Positions 46,877 to 55,810 of a stretch of DNA of 55,839 nt are shown piece by piece. The stretch comes from Candidatus Acidiferrum sp. (GTDB taxonomy: Bacteria > Acidobacteriota > Terriglobia > Acidiferrales > UBA7541), in assembly GCA_036495665.1 (NCBI GenBank), contig DASXMM010000425.1, forward strand, positions 1 to 55,839. The letters run 5' to 3'. Made by a program: the position numbers and the translations under genes. Position 1 is the first letter of the stretch. The number at the start of each line of letters is the position of its first letter. A model generated the notes under the pieces. It did no database searches, was not told the origin of the DNA, and worked only from the letters and a program-made list of their open reading frames with translations.

Positions 46877-47300
46877 AGGGCGCAACTCCCGGGTCGTGAT
46901 CGACACGAGCGTTCTGGTCGCTGGCATTTCTGGACTTCGAGATCGCTATATTCTTGGCAAGAATTCAAGCGCAGACATTCTCCATCGATGGGCCGAGAGG
47001 CACACCTTCAACTGGCTTATGACGGAAGACATCCTCGACGAGTACAAAGAAGTTCTGAGACGGGTTCATGTCCGTCCAAACCACATCGGCAGGGTTGTCA
47101 ATCTGATCCGAGCGCGAGGCGAAACTATCTCGCTCCATTCCTCCGCCGAGATTTCACCCGACCCTGACGATGATCGATTCTGCCTTTGCGCCAGTCAAGG
47201 AAACGCGGATTTTATCGTCACATTGAATCTGAAAGACTTCCCGCAAGATCGCTTGAGAGCCACCGTTGTCTCACCGGCCCGATTTCTCTCTTCACATTAG
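46860..47300 (+). CDS. PIN-domain toxin (VapC-like)
   Basis: RVVIDTSVLVAG, ILDEY.EVL.R, SPDPDDDRFC.CA..G.ADFIVT.N.KDFP. TTG start after GGGAGA (alternative GTG at 46896). Confidence 0.88.
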   Translation: MSPKPRGRNSRVVIDTSVLVAGISGLRDRYILGKNSSADILHRWAERHTFNWLMTEDILDEYKEVLRRVHVRPNHIGRVVNLIRARGETISLHSSAEISPDPDDDRFCLCASQGNADFIVTLNLKDFPQDRLRATVVSPARFLSSH

Positions 47301-47309
47301 CCTCATGGC

Positions 47310-47795
47310 TCACGGTTTCGGAGCCGCGTTCCACATCTCCTGCTTCACTTTCCACTCGCCGATCGCCTCGCGATGCAGCACCAACGCCATTTTCCCGCGT
47401 GAGTCGATCACCGGCTTCCCGTCCGATGGCTGCACCACCTGATGCTCCGTCGCCCATTCCGAAGCCCAATCGCCAGAAACCTGTATGTCGTGAAACTCAA
47501 TCTCCTCCTTGAGGACTTTATATCCCGGCATCCCCGCAAGAATATTTTCAACCCACGCCACGATGGATTTCTTCCCAATCAACGGCGCTTCTCCCGGCAT
47601 CAAGCTCACGCCATCTTCCGCCCACGTCCCGAAAATCCCCGCCGTATCCATCTTCAAATGCAATTCCACATAACGCTTGTTGAATGCATCGATCTCATCC
47701 CTCGAAGAGTTCGAACTCCGCGCACTCGCTCCAAGCGCGAGCCCAGCGAGCACGCCCGCCACGACCACCAAGCCAATCCCGCGCTTACCGTTCAT
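47310..47795 (-). CDS. Secreted NTF2/SnoaL-like (DUF4440) protein
   Basis: Signal peptide, WAEDGVSLMPG..PLIGK, IQVSGDWA.EW, GK..LVLHR...GEWK...EMWN. Confidence 0.8.
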   Translation of the reverse strand: MNGKRGIGLVVVAGVLAGLALGASARSSNSSRDEIDAFNKRYVELHLKMDTAGIFGTWAEDGVSLMPGEAPLIGKKSIVAWVENILAGMPGYKVLKEEIEFHDIQVSGDWASEWATEHQVVQPSDGKPVIDSRGKMALVLHREAIGEWKVKQEMWNAAPKP

Positions 47796-47900
47796 ACACA
47801 CCCCCATCCATGCAACCTTAGACGGTAAACGTAGCGGATCTCCGCTCTTAATTCCGTGAAAGGCGGGAACCGCCTGCAATCCAGGATTTCGCAGCCGCAT

Positions 47901-47929
47901 TTGGAGCTACCGCCCTTTTCCGGTATAAT
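47901..47929 (+). promoter_or_regulatory. sigma70 promoter of rpmE
   Basis: TTGGAG-N17-TATAAT. Confidence 0.6.
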
Positions 47930-48020
47930 CAACGATTGCATCGCGACCTAGCGACGCGGCAGCAATGCTCCGACCCTGTCGGAGCCGCCGTGCAGACCGG
48001 CCGCGAACGAATGGAGCCTC

Positions 48021-48269
48021 ATGAAACCCGGTATTCACCCCGACTATCACGCCGTCACAGTCCACTGCGCCTGCGGCAATAATTTCCAAACTCGCTCGAC
48101 AATCAAAGGCGAGAGGCTAAACGTCGAAATCTGCTCCAATTGCCACCCGTTCTTCACCGGCAAACAAAAGCTGATCGACACCGCCGGCCGCGTCGAACGC
48201 TTCACCAAAAAGTACGCCGACGCTGCTGCCAAAGTCGAAGCCTCAAAAACCGCCGCCGCAAAAAAGTAA
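48021..48269 (+). CDS. rpmE: 50S ribosomal protein L31 (zinc-binding type A)
   Basis: MKPGIHPDY...CACG...TRST...[25 protein letters not shown]. Confidence 0.98.
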   Translation: MKPGIHPDYHAVTVHCACGNNFQTRSTIKGERLNVEICSNCHPFFTGKQKLIDTAGRVERFTKKYADAAAKVEASKTAAAKK

Positions 48270-48302
48270 GCGCCCCGGATTGCCGGAAGAAGCTTTGCGT
48301 CT

Positions 48303-48719
48303 TCAAACAAACGGATTCTCAACGATGACCTGAAAGTACTTTTGCCCCGGATTGAGGTCCTCGGAGAGAATCCGCTTGCACCCTCCGCGCTCTGCAGCGG
48401 CCACAATCATTCCATCGTAGAAATGAATTCCGTATGCTGCCCGCGCCTCAACGGCTCGGCGCACCACGCCATGGTCTAAGCCGACTAACTTCAACGGTCC
48501 CAGGGCGTCTAACGCGATCTTCACTTCTTCAGGTCGCATTGGTGGGGCGGTCTTGTGCAAGAGAGTCGCCGCAAATTCTGCGAGCACTTGGCTGGACACA
48601 ATCCCCTCTCCCGTTACCGCTCTTTCCACAATCTCTTGCGCTATTTTGTGCTTTCGCGCATCGGCAGGTGCGTAGGCATACACGAGAACGTTCGTGTCCA
48701 GAAAATCAGGACCGCTCAT
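48303..48719 (-). CDS. vapC: PIN-domain toxin VapC
   Basis: FLDTNVLVYA, SSQVLAEF, IHFYDGMIVAAA...GC..ILSEDL..GQ....V.VENPF. Confidence 0.9.
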   Translation of the reverse strand: MSGPDFLDTNVLVYAYAPADARKHKIAQEIVERAVTGEGIVSSQVLAEFAATLLHKTAPPMRPEEVKIALDALGPLKLVGLDHGVVRRAVEARAAYGIHFYDGMIVAAAERGGCKRILSEDLNPGQKYFQVIVENPFV

Positions 48720-48945
48720 ACAGGTCTTCTCTTCTCCACGTCCGCTTCCCCACTGGAGCCTTAACGAGTTCAAAGCTCCTCCGTAATCCCTCCAACTCCC
48801 GCCGCTTTCGCCCCGACTTGGCGTTCTCTGCCGCAAGTTGCTCCAGGTGCGCTCGCACCAGCCCTGTTAGCGTGGTATCCTGCTCCGCGGCGATTTTCCG
48901 AACTTCCTTTACCAGCTCATCGTCCAATGTCAGCGTAATGTTCAT
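48706..48945 (-). CDS. vapB: RHH-type antitoxin (VapB/DUF6364-like)
   Basis: MNITLTLDDELVKEVRKIAA...TTLTGLVR..L, C-terminal WRREDLYER. Overlaps the vapC start. Confidence 0.88.
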   Translation of the reverse strand: MNITLTLDDELVKEVRKIAAEQDTTLTGLVRAHLEQLAAENAKSGRKRRELEGLRRSFELVKAPVGKRTWRREDLYERS

Positions 48946-48950
48946 GTTTT

Positions 48951-48987
48951 ACCCACAATAAGGGACGCTCACACCCATAATAAGGGA
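48951..48987. repeat. 15-bp direct repeat upstream of vapB (likely operator)
   Basis: ACCCACAATAAGGGA (48951-48965) and ACCCATAATAAGGGA (48973-48987), 22-bp period. Confidence 0.65.
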
Positions 48988-49094
48988 ACCGGTCCCGTTT
49001 GGCAAACGCGCTCTTTTAACTCTGGTTCTTTCTTAAGTCAACGGCTACTTTCGAATACCGCCTTCGCCGCTCCCGTGTAAAATGATCCACCAAC

Positions 49095-50684
49095 GTGGCC
49101 ACTCAATCCCGCATGTTCGAAGGCGCGCCGTCAGACGTACTCGTGGAAACCGCCGCCCCTCGCATCACCCTCCGCAACTCCTTCGCCCATCCCTATGACT
49201 CCGCCATCGCCGCCGCCCGCATCTGCTACGCCGACCATCTCGTTGCTCCCGAAGAAATCACCGACAAGCAGCGCCTCAACATCGGCGCCGCCACCTTCAA
49301 CAGCGGCCACCATACCGTCTTTCAGCACGCCACTTTCGAATTCGGCCTGGAAAACGTCAGCCGCCAGTTCGTCTGGTCCTTCCTGCACGCCCACCCGTTC
49401 TACAATTCCGAGCAGCAAAGCCAGCGTTACGTTCGCATGGACCGCGTCCAGGCCTACGTCCCGCGCGTCGACCTCTACTTCAACGAATCCGCGAAGCAAA
49501 TCTACGAACAAGCCATTGCCCGCGCCTGGAGCTACTACCGGGAACTCTCCACCATCCTGATCGCTGATGCCCGTGCCATTCTCGCTGACATCTGGCACGT
49601 TGGCCCCAATTCCAATCCCAAGCACATCCAGAAAATTGAGCGTTCCGCCGAAAAGCGTTCCATCGAAATCGCCCGCTACGTTCTTCCACTCGCCGCTTTC
49701 ACCACCATGGTGCACACCGTCTCCGGCATCGTCCTGCATCGCCTCTGGCGCATGAGCGCGGCCACGGACACACCCAGCGAGTCTCGCGCTGTAATCGGCG
49801 CAATGGTCGAAGAAGTCAAAAAAATCGATTCGCAATTTTTCGAGCGCTTTGGCACGGAACCGCTGGAAGAAATTCCCGAACTCAAATCAACGCAATCCCA
49901 CGTCTCGCAAGGCGAACAATTCGCCCGCGAATTCGACGGCAGGTTGGAAGGAAAAACCTCGAAGCTCCTCGACTACTCCCCCAACGCCGAAAGCATCATC
50001 GCCGATTCCTACCGCGCCGTCCTCGGCCTGACGCTATCCCAATCCAGCGACGCGGAAGCTATCGATCGCCTCCTGAATCCCGCAAAAAATCTCTATCGCC
50101 TCGAAACTCTCAACGTCGGCGTCCACGCCCCCATGATGCGCGCCCTGCAACACGCCAATTACACCTTCGCCAAGAAAATCAGCCACACCGCCGACTCCCA
50201 GGACCAGCGCCACCGCATGGTTCCCGGCTCCCGTCCACTCCTCACGCTAGCCGACACCCGCGAACCCGACTACATCACCCCCGCCCTCCTCGCGCAAAAT
50301 CCCCGCGCCAAAGAACTCTACGACCGCGCCATGCACGACGCTTGGTCCGCCAAAAACAAGCTCCTCGATGAAGGCGTCTCCCCCGAAATCGCTCTCTACC
50401 TTCTCCCGAACGCCAAATCCATCCGCCTCGTCGAGTCCGGCTCCCTCCTCCACCTCCTCCACAAATGGACCATGCGCACCTGCTTCAACGCCCAGGAAGA
50501 AATCTACGCCGCCAGCATGGACGAAGTTGCCCAACTCCGCGAAGTCCATCCCCAATTCGCCAAGTATATCGGCCCCCCCTGCCATCTCCGCGCCAACATC
50601 ACCACCCCCATCTGCACCGAAGGCTCCCACTTCTGCGGCATAAAAGTCTGGCTCGACTTCCCCAACACCCCCCGCCGCATCTGA
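49095..50684 (+). CDS. thyX: FAD-dependent thymidylate synthase-like protein with two tandem ThyX domains
   Basis: Domain 1: AARICY, GHHTVFQH..F.F...VSR, SEQQSQRY, EIARYVLP. Domain 2: LQH..YTF, QRHR, EIALYLLPN, R.C..AQEEI, GPPC...CTEG..FCG. Confidence 0.75.
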   Translation: MATQSRMFEGAPSDVLVETAAPRITLRNSFAHPYDSAIAAARICYADHLVAPEEITDKQRLNIGAATFNSGHHTVFQHATFEFGLENVSRQFVWSFLHAHPFYNSEQQSQRYVRMDRVQAYVPRVDLYFNESAKQIYEQAIARAWSYYRELSTILIADARAILADIWHVGPNSNPKHIQKIERSAEKRSIEIARYVLPLAAFTTMVHTVSGIVLHRLWRMSAATDTPSESRAVIGAMVEEVKKIDSQFFERFGTEPLEEIPELKSTQSHVSQGEQFAREFDGRLEGKTSKLLDYSPNAESIIADSYRAVLGLTLSQSSDAEAIDRLLNPAKNLYRLETLNVGVHAPMMRALQHANYTFAKKISHTADSQDQRHRMVPGSRPLLTLADTREPDYITPALLAQNPRAKELYDRAMHDAWSAKNKLLDEGVSPEIALYLLPNAKSIRLVESGSLLHLLHKWTMRTCFNAQEEIYAASMDEVAQLREVHPQFAKYIGPPCHLRANITTPICTEGSHFCGIKVWLDFPNTPRRI

Positions 50685-50896
50685 AACCCGGCATTCACTT
50701 AACTCGTCCAATGCGCTGGCGAAAGAACTGGTCTTTCGCACCTAGCGACCGCCTCATCATTGAACCTGTAGGGAGGGCTTTGACTTACAGCTTTATGAAA
50801 TTGTTTAGTAAATCTCTGTGGTAATATCGAGCCGTAGACGTATGGGTGTGCAGTCCTCAGTAAGCGATCAATCGTCTGACCCAAGGTGACACCATT

Positions 50897-53800
50897 ATGA
50901 TGCGCCGAAACTCCCATCGCGGGTTTTGCTGTGGAGTGATGGCGCACGGTTTATTTCGGCGCTCTCGCTCGCTGCGTTTCCTCGTTCTTGTCACTGCTTT
51001 GGCTGGCAAACTCGCCCTGGCGCAAACCCATCCCGCCTCTCGCATCACGGAGCCAGTAGATGACCGCGTTCGTGTCATCCTGAAAGGGAACGTTTACCCC
51101 CTCGCCCAGGCCCGGTACGACCGAGGCCCCGTTTCTGCTTCTTTTCCAGTCGAGCGCATGTTACTGATGCTCAAGCGCTCTCCCGAGCGGGAGACCGCGC
51201 TCCAGCAGTTCCTTCAGGACGCGCATACGCAAGGTAGCCCGAACTATCGCAAGTGGCTCACGCCCCAAAAGTTCGGCGAACTCTACGGACCAGATGATTC
51301 AGAGATTGCGTCCGTAACTGGGTGGCTCCGGGAGCACGGTTTCTCGGTCGCTCGCGTTACCAAGGGCAAAACAGCAGTCGAGTTCTCAGGCTCAGCTGGC
51401 CAGCTCCGCGAATCCTTCAGCACCGAAATACACACTTATTTTGTCGACGGTGAAGAACATCACGCCAACAACCGCGATCCGCAAATTCCGGCTGCCCTCG
51501 CGCCCGTGATTGCCGGCATTACTCCGATGAATGACTTTCGGCCTCGGCCGCAAATTAGGGTTCTTGGAAATGCCTTATACAACCCCAAGACCCATGTGGT
51601 GACACCCCAATGGACAATTAACAATTCCCCACTCGCCTTGGCTCTTGCTCCCGGCGATTTCGCCGCTCAATACGATCTGAATCCTCTTTATGCGTCCGGC
51701 ATAAACGGCGCCGGCGTGACCATCGGCATTATTGGCGCTTCTAACGTCTATCCTGACGTCGTCGCCGACTACCGTTCGTTCTTTGGCCTGCCAGCAGGCA
51801 CACTCAATATCGTCATCGATGGACGCGATCCTGGACCAAGCGCCTCAGTGGATCGCGGGAACTGGGCTGAACTCGAGTCCTTTCTCGACGTGGAACTCTC
51901 CGGAGCGGTCGCTCCCGGCGCGACCATAAATCTGTATACCGCTGCCGACACGACGGTTCAGGCTGGCTTGTTGCTAGCCGCGCAGCGCGCTGTCGATGAC
52001 GACGTCGCTGCGGTTCTCAGCACCAGCTACGCCGAGTGCGAACAAGCCCTCGGTTCTTCTGGCAATCAGTTTTGGGCCGCGCTTTGGGAACAGGCTGCTG
52101 CGGAGGGACAAACCTCCTTCGTCTCCTCAGGCGATAACGGTTCCGCGGGTTGCGACGACTTCAATGCGGGGACGCCCGCCGCTTCAGGCCTCGCCGTCAA
52201 CGGCTTCTCTTCCACGTCCTGGAATATATCCGTCGGAGGAACGGATTTCTTCTATAGCACCTACGCCGGAACTGCGGCTTCGCAGAATACGGAACTGGCG
52301 ACCTACTGGAACTTGACGCCAACCGGCCTCATGTCACCCACCACCTCGCTCCTAAAACCGATTCCAGAGCAGCCCTGGAACCAAGCCTTCGGCCTGGATC
52401 TTTACAACGGTGGCGTTTATAACCCGAATACACCGACCATCGTCGCCGGCAGCGGCGGCGCAAGCAGCTGCATTTCTGGCGTGCAGTCCTCCGACGGCTC
52501 ATTCGCTTCTTGCACGAAGGGTTATGCCAAACCGGCTTGGCAAACCGGCAAAGGGGTTCCAGCCGACGGAGTGCGCGATCTTCCCGACGTCTCACTTTTC
52601 GCGGCTGACGGCGAGAATGCTAGCTTCTATCCCATCTGCCTGCCTGGGGAAGGCTGCACCGGGCTGAATCCAGCCTACATGGAATTCGCTGCCGTCGGCG
52701 GCACGTCGACTTCCTCGCCGTCAATGGCCGGCATTATGGCCCTCGTCAACCAGAAGTTTGGCCGTCAGGGGCAAGCGAATTTTATCCTTTATCCGCTCGC
52801 TGTCCAGCATCCCACGGCTTTTCACGACATTGCAATCGGCAGCAACAACGTCCCATGCCAGCAGGGCACGCCTGACTGCACCCTGAGCGCGCTTACCGAC
52901 AACACGAAGGGTTTCTACACTCTTGGTGAATATTACGCGAGCGCGGGCTACGACCAGGCCACCGGCCTCGGCAGCGTGGACGCGAATTTGCTTGTCCAGT
53001 ATTGGAACTCGCTGACGTTTACCCCCAGCAACACTTCGCTGAACCTTAGCCAGACGACTTTTACCCACGGGACACCCATCAATGTCAGCGTGGCCGTGAC
53101 CGGCAATGGGGGCACTCCAACAGGTGACGTCGGCTTGCTTCCTACCGAGAGTCCGGCCGCAGCCAATATCAGCCTGAACGAACTCACCTTGCAGAGCGGC
53201 GCGGCCTCGGCCACTGTAAGCAATTTTCCAGGCGGCCAATACCAGCTCACGGCCAGATACACAGGCGACACCGTTTTTGCTTCAAGCAGTTCTACTCCTG
53301 TTACGCTCAACGTCGCTCCTGAAACCAGCACCGTCTCCGTCACCGGAAGCTACTGGAACAACATCACCAGCTCGTTTTCACCTATTTCGAGCGGCGCCAG
53401 CTATCCTTATGGCACCTACATAGCGTTTGATGCCCTGCCGATTGGCGCTAATTCCCCGCAAGGTGGCTCTGACGGTATCGCCACTGGAACGATTACTTTT
53501 ACGGATACGGCCGGCACGTCCACGGTTAATTCCGGCGCTTTAAGCTTGAACGCGAAAGGGATTGCCGAATGGATCCCTACTCTCTCGTTTCCGATTGGTC
53601 CAACCGCTGTGGGCGCCAGCTATTCCGGCGACGCCAGTTTCCGCCCGTCTACCAGCTCGACGCCGCTCTCGTTCACCATCACTAAAGCACCCACCGTATC
53701 CTTTTTGGATGCGAAGCCGTCTCCCGTGGCTCTGGGTTCGGCCACCACGCTTGAAGTGCAAGTAAGCAATCAGTTTTCAGGCCCGGCGTGCGCAGCAAGT

Positions 53801-54946
53801 GCCACTTGCACTTTCTTCCCTTCATCTCCCGCATCTCCAACAGGCAGCGTCACCTTTTCCTTCGGGAATACGACCCTGGGAACGGTGTCCCTCGCTCCCC
53901 CCCTCAACAGTCTTTTTATATCCTATGCTACGCTGAACATTGCGAGCTTGCCCTTGGGAACCGACACCGTAACCGCGGCCTACGGCGGCGATTCCAACTA
54001 CAGCTCCGCCACTGCTTCTTTTAACGTCGTTGTCGAGCAACCAGCTACCCTCTCGGCCACTGCCAACCCTAGCTCCATCAACCAGGCGGAATTCACTCAA
54101 GTCAGCGCCGCCGTCACTGGCTTGAGCGGGCTGCCTGTTCCTACGGGAACCGTGACTTTCTCTACCACCGGACCTGGCTCCTCCTGGAGTGATTCGGAGC
54201 CGCTCAAGAACGGCTCGGCGATCTCGAGGGCTCTCACGGGCGGTCTTTTCTCTCCTCCCGTCAACGGCCAGATTGCAGTCCCTATTAATGTCTCTTACTC
54301 AGGGGACTCCACTTATGGTCCAGCCAGCGTGACCGCGCCTCTCACTGTAACTCAGGGCAATCTTTCACCTTTCTCCGTTAGCGCCACTCCAGTCACCATA
54401 GCGACTCCCGGAGCAACGACCGGCAACTCCTCCACCATCACAATTACCCCCTCCAACGGATTTACTGGTGCTGTTTATCTCTCTTGCGCGCTCACTTCTA
54501 CCCCGCCGGGAGCAGTGCATCCTCCAACCTGCGCCATTCCGGCTTCGGTAAGCATCCCAGGAACCGCCGCTGTGACGGCAGTGATGGCCATCAACTCCAC
54601 GGCGCCAAGTTCCACCGGACTCTTCAACCCAGCCCCGCGTGGGCCGACGTCGAATATCCCGCTGCCCAATTTGCCAACCTGGTTAGCGGGAGCAGCGCTG
54701 GCCGTCTTGTTGTTCTCGGGATTGTGCCGCCAAAGGCGGCGTACTTTGCGCTTCGCGAGCTTCCTGTTTCCCTTGGCTGTTCTTGGGGGACTCGCTTCCT
54801 GCGGCGGAGGTAGCAGCAATATTACTCCCCCTCCCGTTCCGATTCCTGGCACGACTCCCGGGAGCTACGCGTTTACCGTAGATGCTTCGTTTACCGCGAA
54901 TGGCGTCAGCCAGGCTCAAACTGCCGTGACCGCCACGGTTCAGTAG
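50897..54946 (+). CDS. S53 (sedolisin/kumamolisin-like) protease: pro-domain, catalytic domain, several Ig-like (Big_3) repeats and a C-terminal TM hairpin with lipobox
   Basis: Pro-domain LLMLKRS..RE.AL......SPNYRKWLTP..FG..YG. Catalytic ESFLD, SSGDNG, GGTSTSSP. Ca site GYDQATGLGS. Repeats PTG.V.F...(T/A)A.Y.GD..(F/Y)..S. Start could be ATG 50939. Confidence 0.9.
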   Translation: MMRRNSHRGFCCGVMAHGLFRRSRSLRFLVLVTALAGKLALAQTHPASRITEPVDDRVRVILKGNVYPLAQARYDRGPVSASFPVERMLLMLKRSPERETALQQFLQDAHTQGSPNYRKWLTPQKFGELYGPDDSEIASVTGWLREHGFSVARVTKGKTAVEFSGSAGQLRESFSTEIHTYFVDGEEHHANNRDPQIPAALAPVIAGITPMNDFRPRPQIRVLGNALYNPKTHVVTPQWTINNSPLALALAPGDFAAQYDLNPLYASGINGAGVTIGIIGASNVYPDVVADYRSFFGLPAGTLNIVIDGRDPGPSASVDRGNWAELESFLDVELSGAVAPGATINLYTAADTTVQAGLLLAAQRAVDDDVAAVLSTSYAECEQALGSSGNQFWAALWEQAAAEGQTSFVSSGDNGSAGCDDFNAGTPAASGLAVNGFSSTSWNISVGGTDFFYSTYAGTAASQNTELATYWNLTPTGLMSPTTSLLKPIPEQPWNQAFGLDLYNGGVYNPNTPTIVAGSGGASSCISGVQSSDGSFASCTKGYAKPAWQTGKGVPADGVRDLPDVSLFAADGENASFYPICLPGEGCTGLNPAYMEFAAVGGTSTSSPSMAGIMALVNQKFGRQGQANFILYPLAVQHPTAFHDIAIGSNNVPCQQGTPDCTLSALTDNTKGFYTLGEYYASAGYDQATGLGSVDANLLVQYWNSLTFTPSNTSLNLSQTTFTHGTPINVSVAVTGNGGTPTGDVGLLPTESPAAANISLNELTLQSGAASATVSNFPGGQYQLTARYTGDTVFASSSSTPVTLNVAPETSTVSVTGSYWNNITSSFSPISSGASYPYGTYIAFDALPIGANSPQGGSDGIATGTITFTDTAGTSTVNSGALSLNAKGIAEWIPTLSFPIGPTAVGASYSGDASFRPSTSSTPLSFTITKAPTVSFLDAKPSPVALGSATTLEVQVSNQFSGPACAASATCTFFPSSPASPTGSVTFSFGNTTLGTVSLAPPLNSLFISYATLNIASLPLGTDTVTAAYGGDSNYSSATASFNVVVEQPATLSATANPSSINQAEFTQVSAAVTGLSGLPVPTGTVTFSTTGPGSSWSDSEPLKNGSAISRALTGGLFSPPVNGQIAVPINVSYSGDSTYGPASVTAPLTVTQGNLSPFSVSATPVTIATPGATTGNSSTITITPSNGFTGAVYLSCALTSTPPGAVHPPTCAIPASVSIPGTAAVTAVMAINSTAPSSTGLFNPAPRGPTSNIPLPNLPTWLAGAALAVLLFSGLCRQRRRTLRFASFLFPLAVLGGLASCGGGSSNITPPPVPIPGTTPGSYAFTVDASFTANGVSQAQTAVTATVQ

Positions 54947-55030
54947 CCTTTGCCAGTCCGCCCGCACGGCCGTACAAAACGAAACGGCGCTACCGTTCTT
55001 GTCCGTCTAATAGGTATAGAGGTGCTCCTC

Positions 55031-55810
55031 ATGCTCTCATTCTTGCGCACTGGTCTCCCGCTCATTACCACAGCTTTGCTCTTGGTGCCGCCTTCTTTCG
55101 CCTTTGACACTCCTCTATCTCCCGAAGCCGTTCGCGACGCCTACTTCCTCGGCCAGCACAACGACCAATCCACCCTCTCCTTCTTTTCTCAATACGTTAA
55201 AACTCTCCCCGCCCCCGAGCAGGGCGCCTACATCTCCGAAGTTGAAATCTACACGCCTTACTCCCAAATCATTGAGCGCTCCCGCCGCCGTACCGGCAAT
55301 TACAGCGCCCAGCAAGCCGACCTCGATTACCGCCACAGCCACGACAAACTCTATGTCCGCATTCGCATCAACTTCACCGATACCTACGGCGCTCTTGAGC
55401 TCTATCGTTCCGCGAAGGGCGATCAACAGCTATCCGGCGCCGAGGAGCCTCTTCCCGATTTCTATCGTGACTTTCGCGTCGGTCTTTCTCAACGTTCCGC
55501 CGCGGATCGTGACCGCCCTTCAAGCGAAGCTCAGTGGATTGAACCGATGCGCATCATTCTCCAGCCCTCCTATGCCCAGAACTCAAACCACCTTCCCTTC
55601 ATACCCGAAGACTTCGGCTTTTCCTACTACGCAGGAGCGGATGGCTCCTACGGCTACTCCAGCGCGAACGGCATTGCCTATCCCACCGGCTGGCTCGCCT
55701 GGCTCGAGTATGACGCCAGAGACGTAGCCTCCGACGACGCGACCGTCGAAGTCATCACTACCGACGGCCAGCACGTCTCCGTCCCCTTCGACCTCTCCCG
55801 CCTCCGCTAA
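55031..55810 (+). CDS. Secreted hypothetical protein
   Basis: GAGGTG RBS, signal peptide ending SFA|F, LSPEAVRDAYFLGQ, TPY, terminal VEV.T.DGQ.V...FDL..LR. Strong C-ending codon bias. Confidence 0.75.
   Translation: MLSFLRTGLPLITTALLLVPPSFAFDTPLSPEAVRDAYFLGQHNDQSTLSFFSQYVKTLPAPEQGAYISEVEIYTPYSQIIERSRRRTGNYSAQQADLDYRHSHDKLYVRIRINFTDTYGALELYRSAKGDQQLSGAEEPLPDFYRDFRVGLSQRSAADRDRPSSEAQWIEPMRIILQPSYAQNSNHLPFIPEDFGFSYYAGADGSYGYSSANGIAYPTGWLAWLEYDARDVASDDATVEVITTDGQHVSVPFDLSRLR

Noticed and set aside
46250-49000. Prophage or genomic island suggested by two TA pairs
   Set aside because: No integrase, tRNA or att repeats, and rpmE lies between them; these look like independent small insertions.
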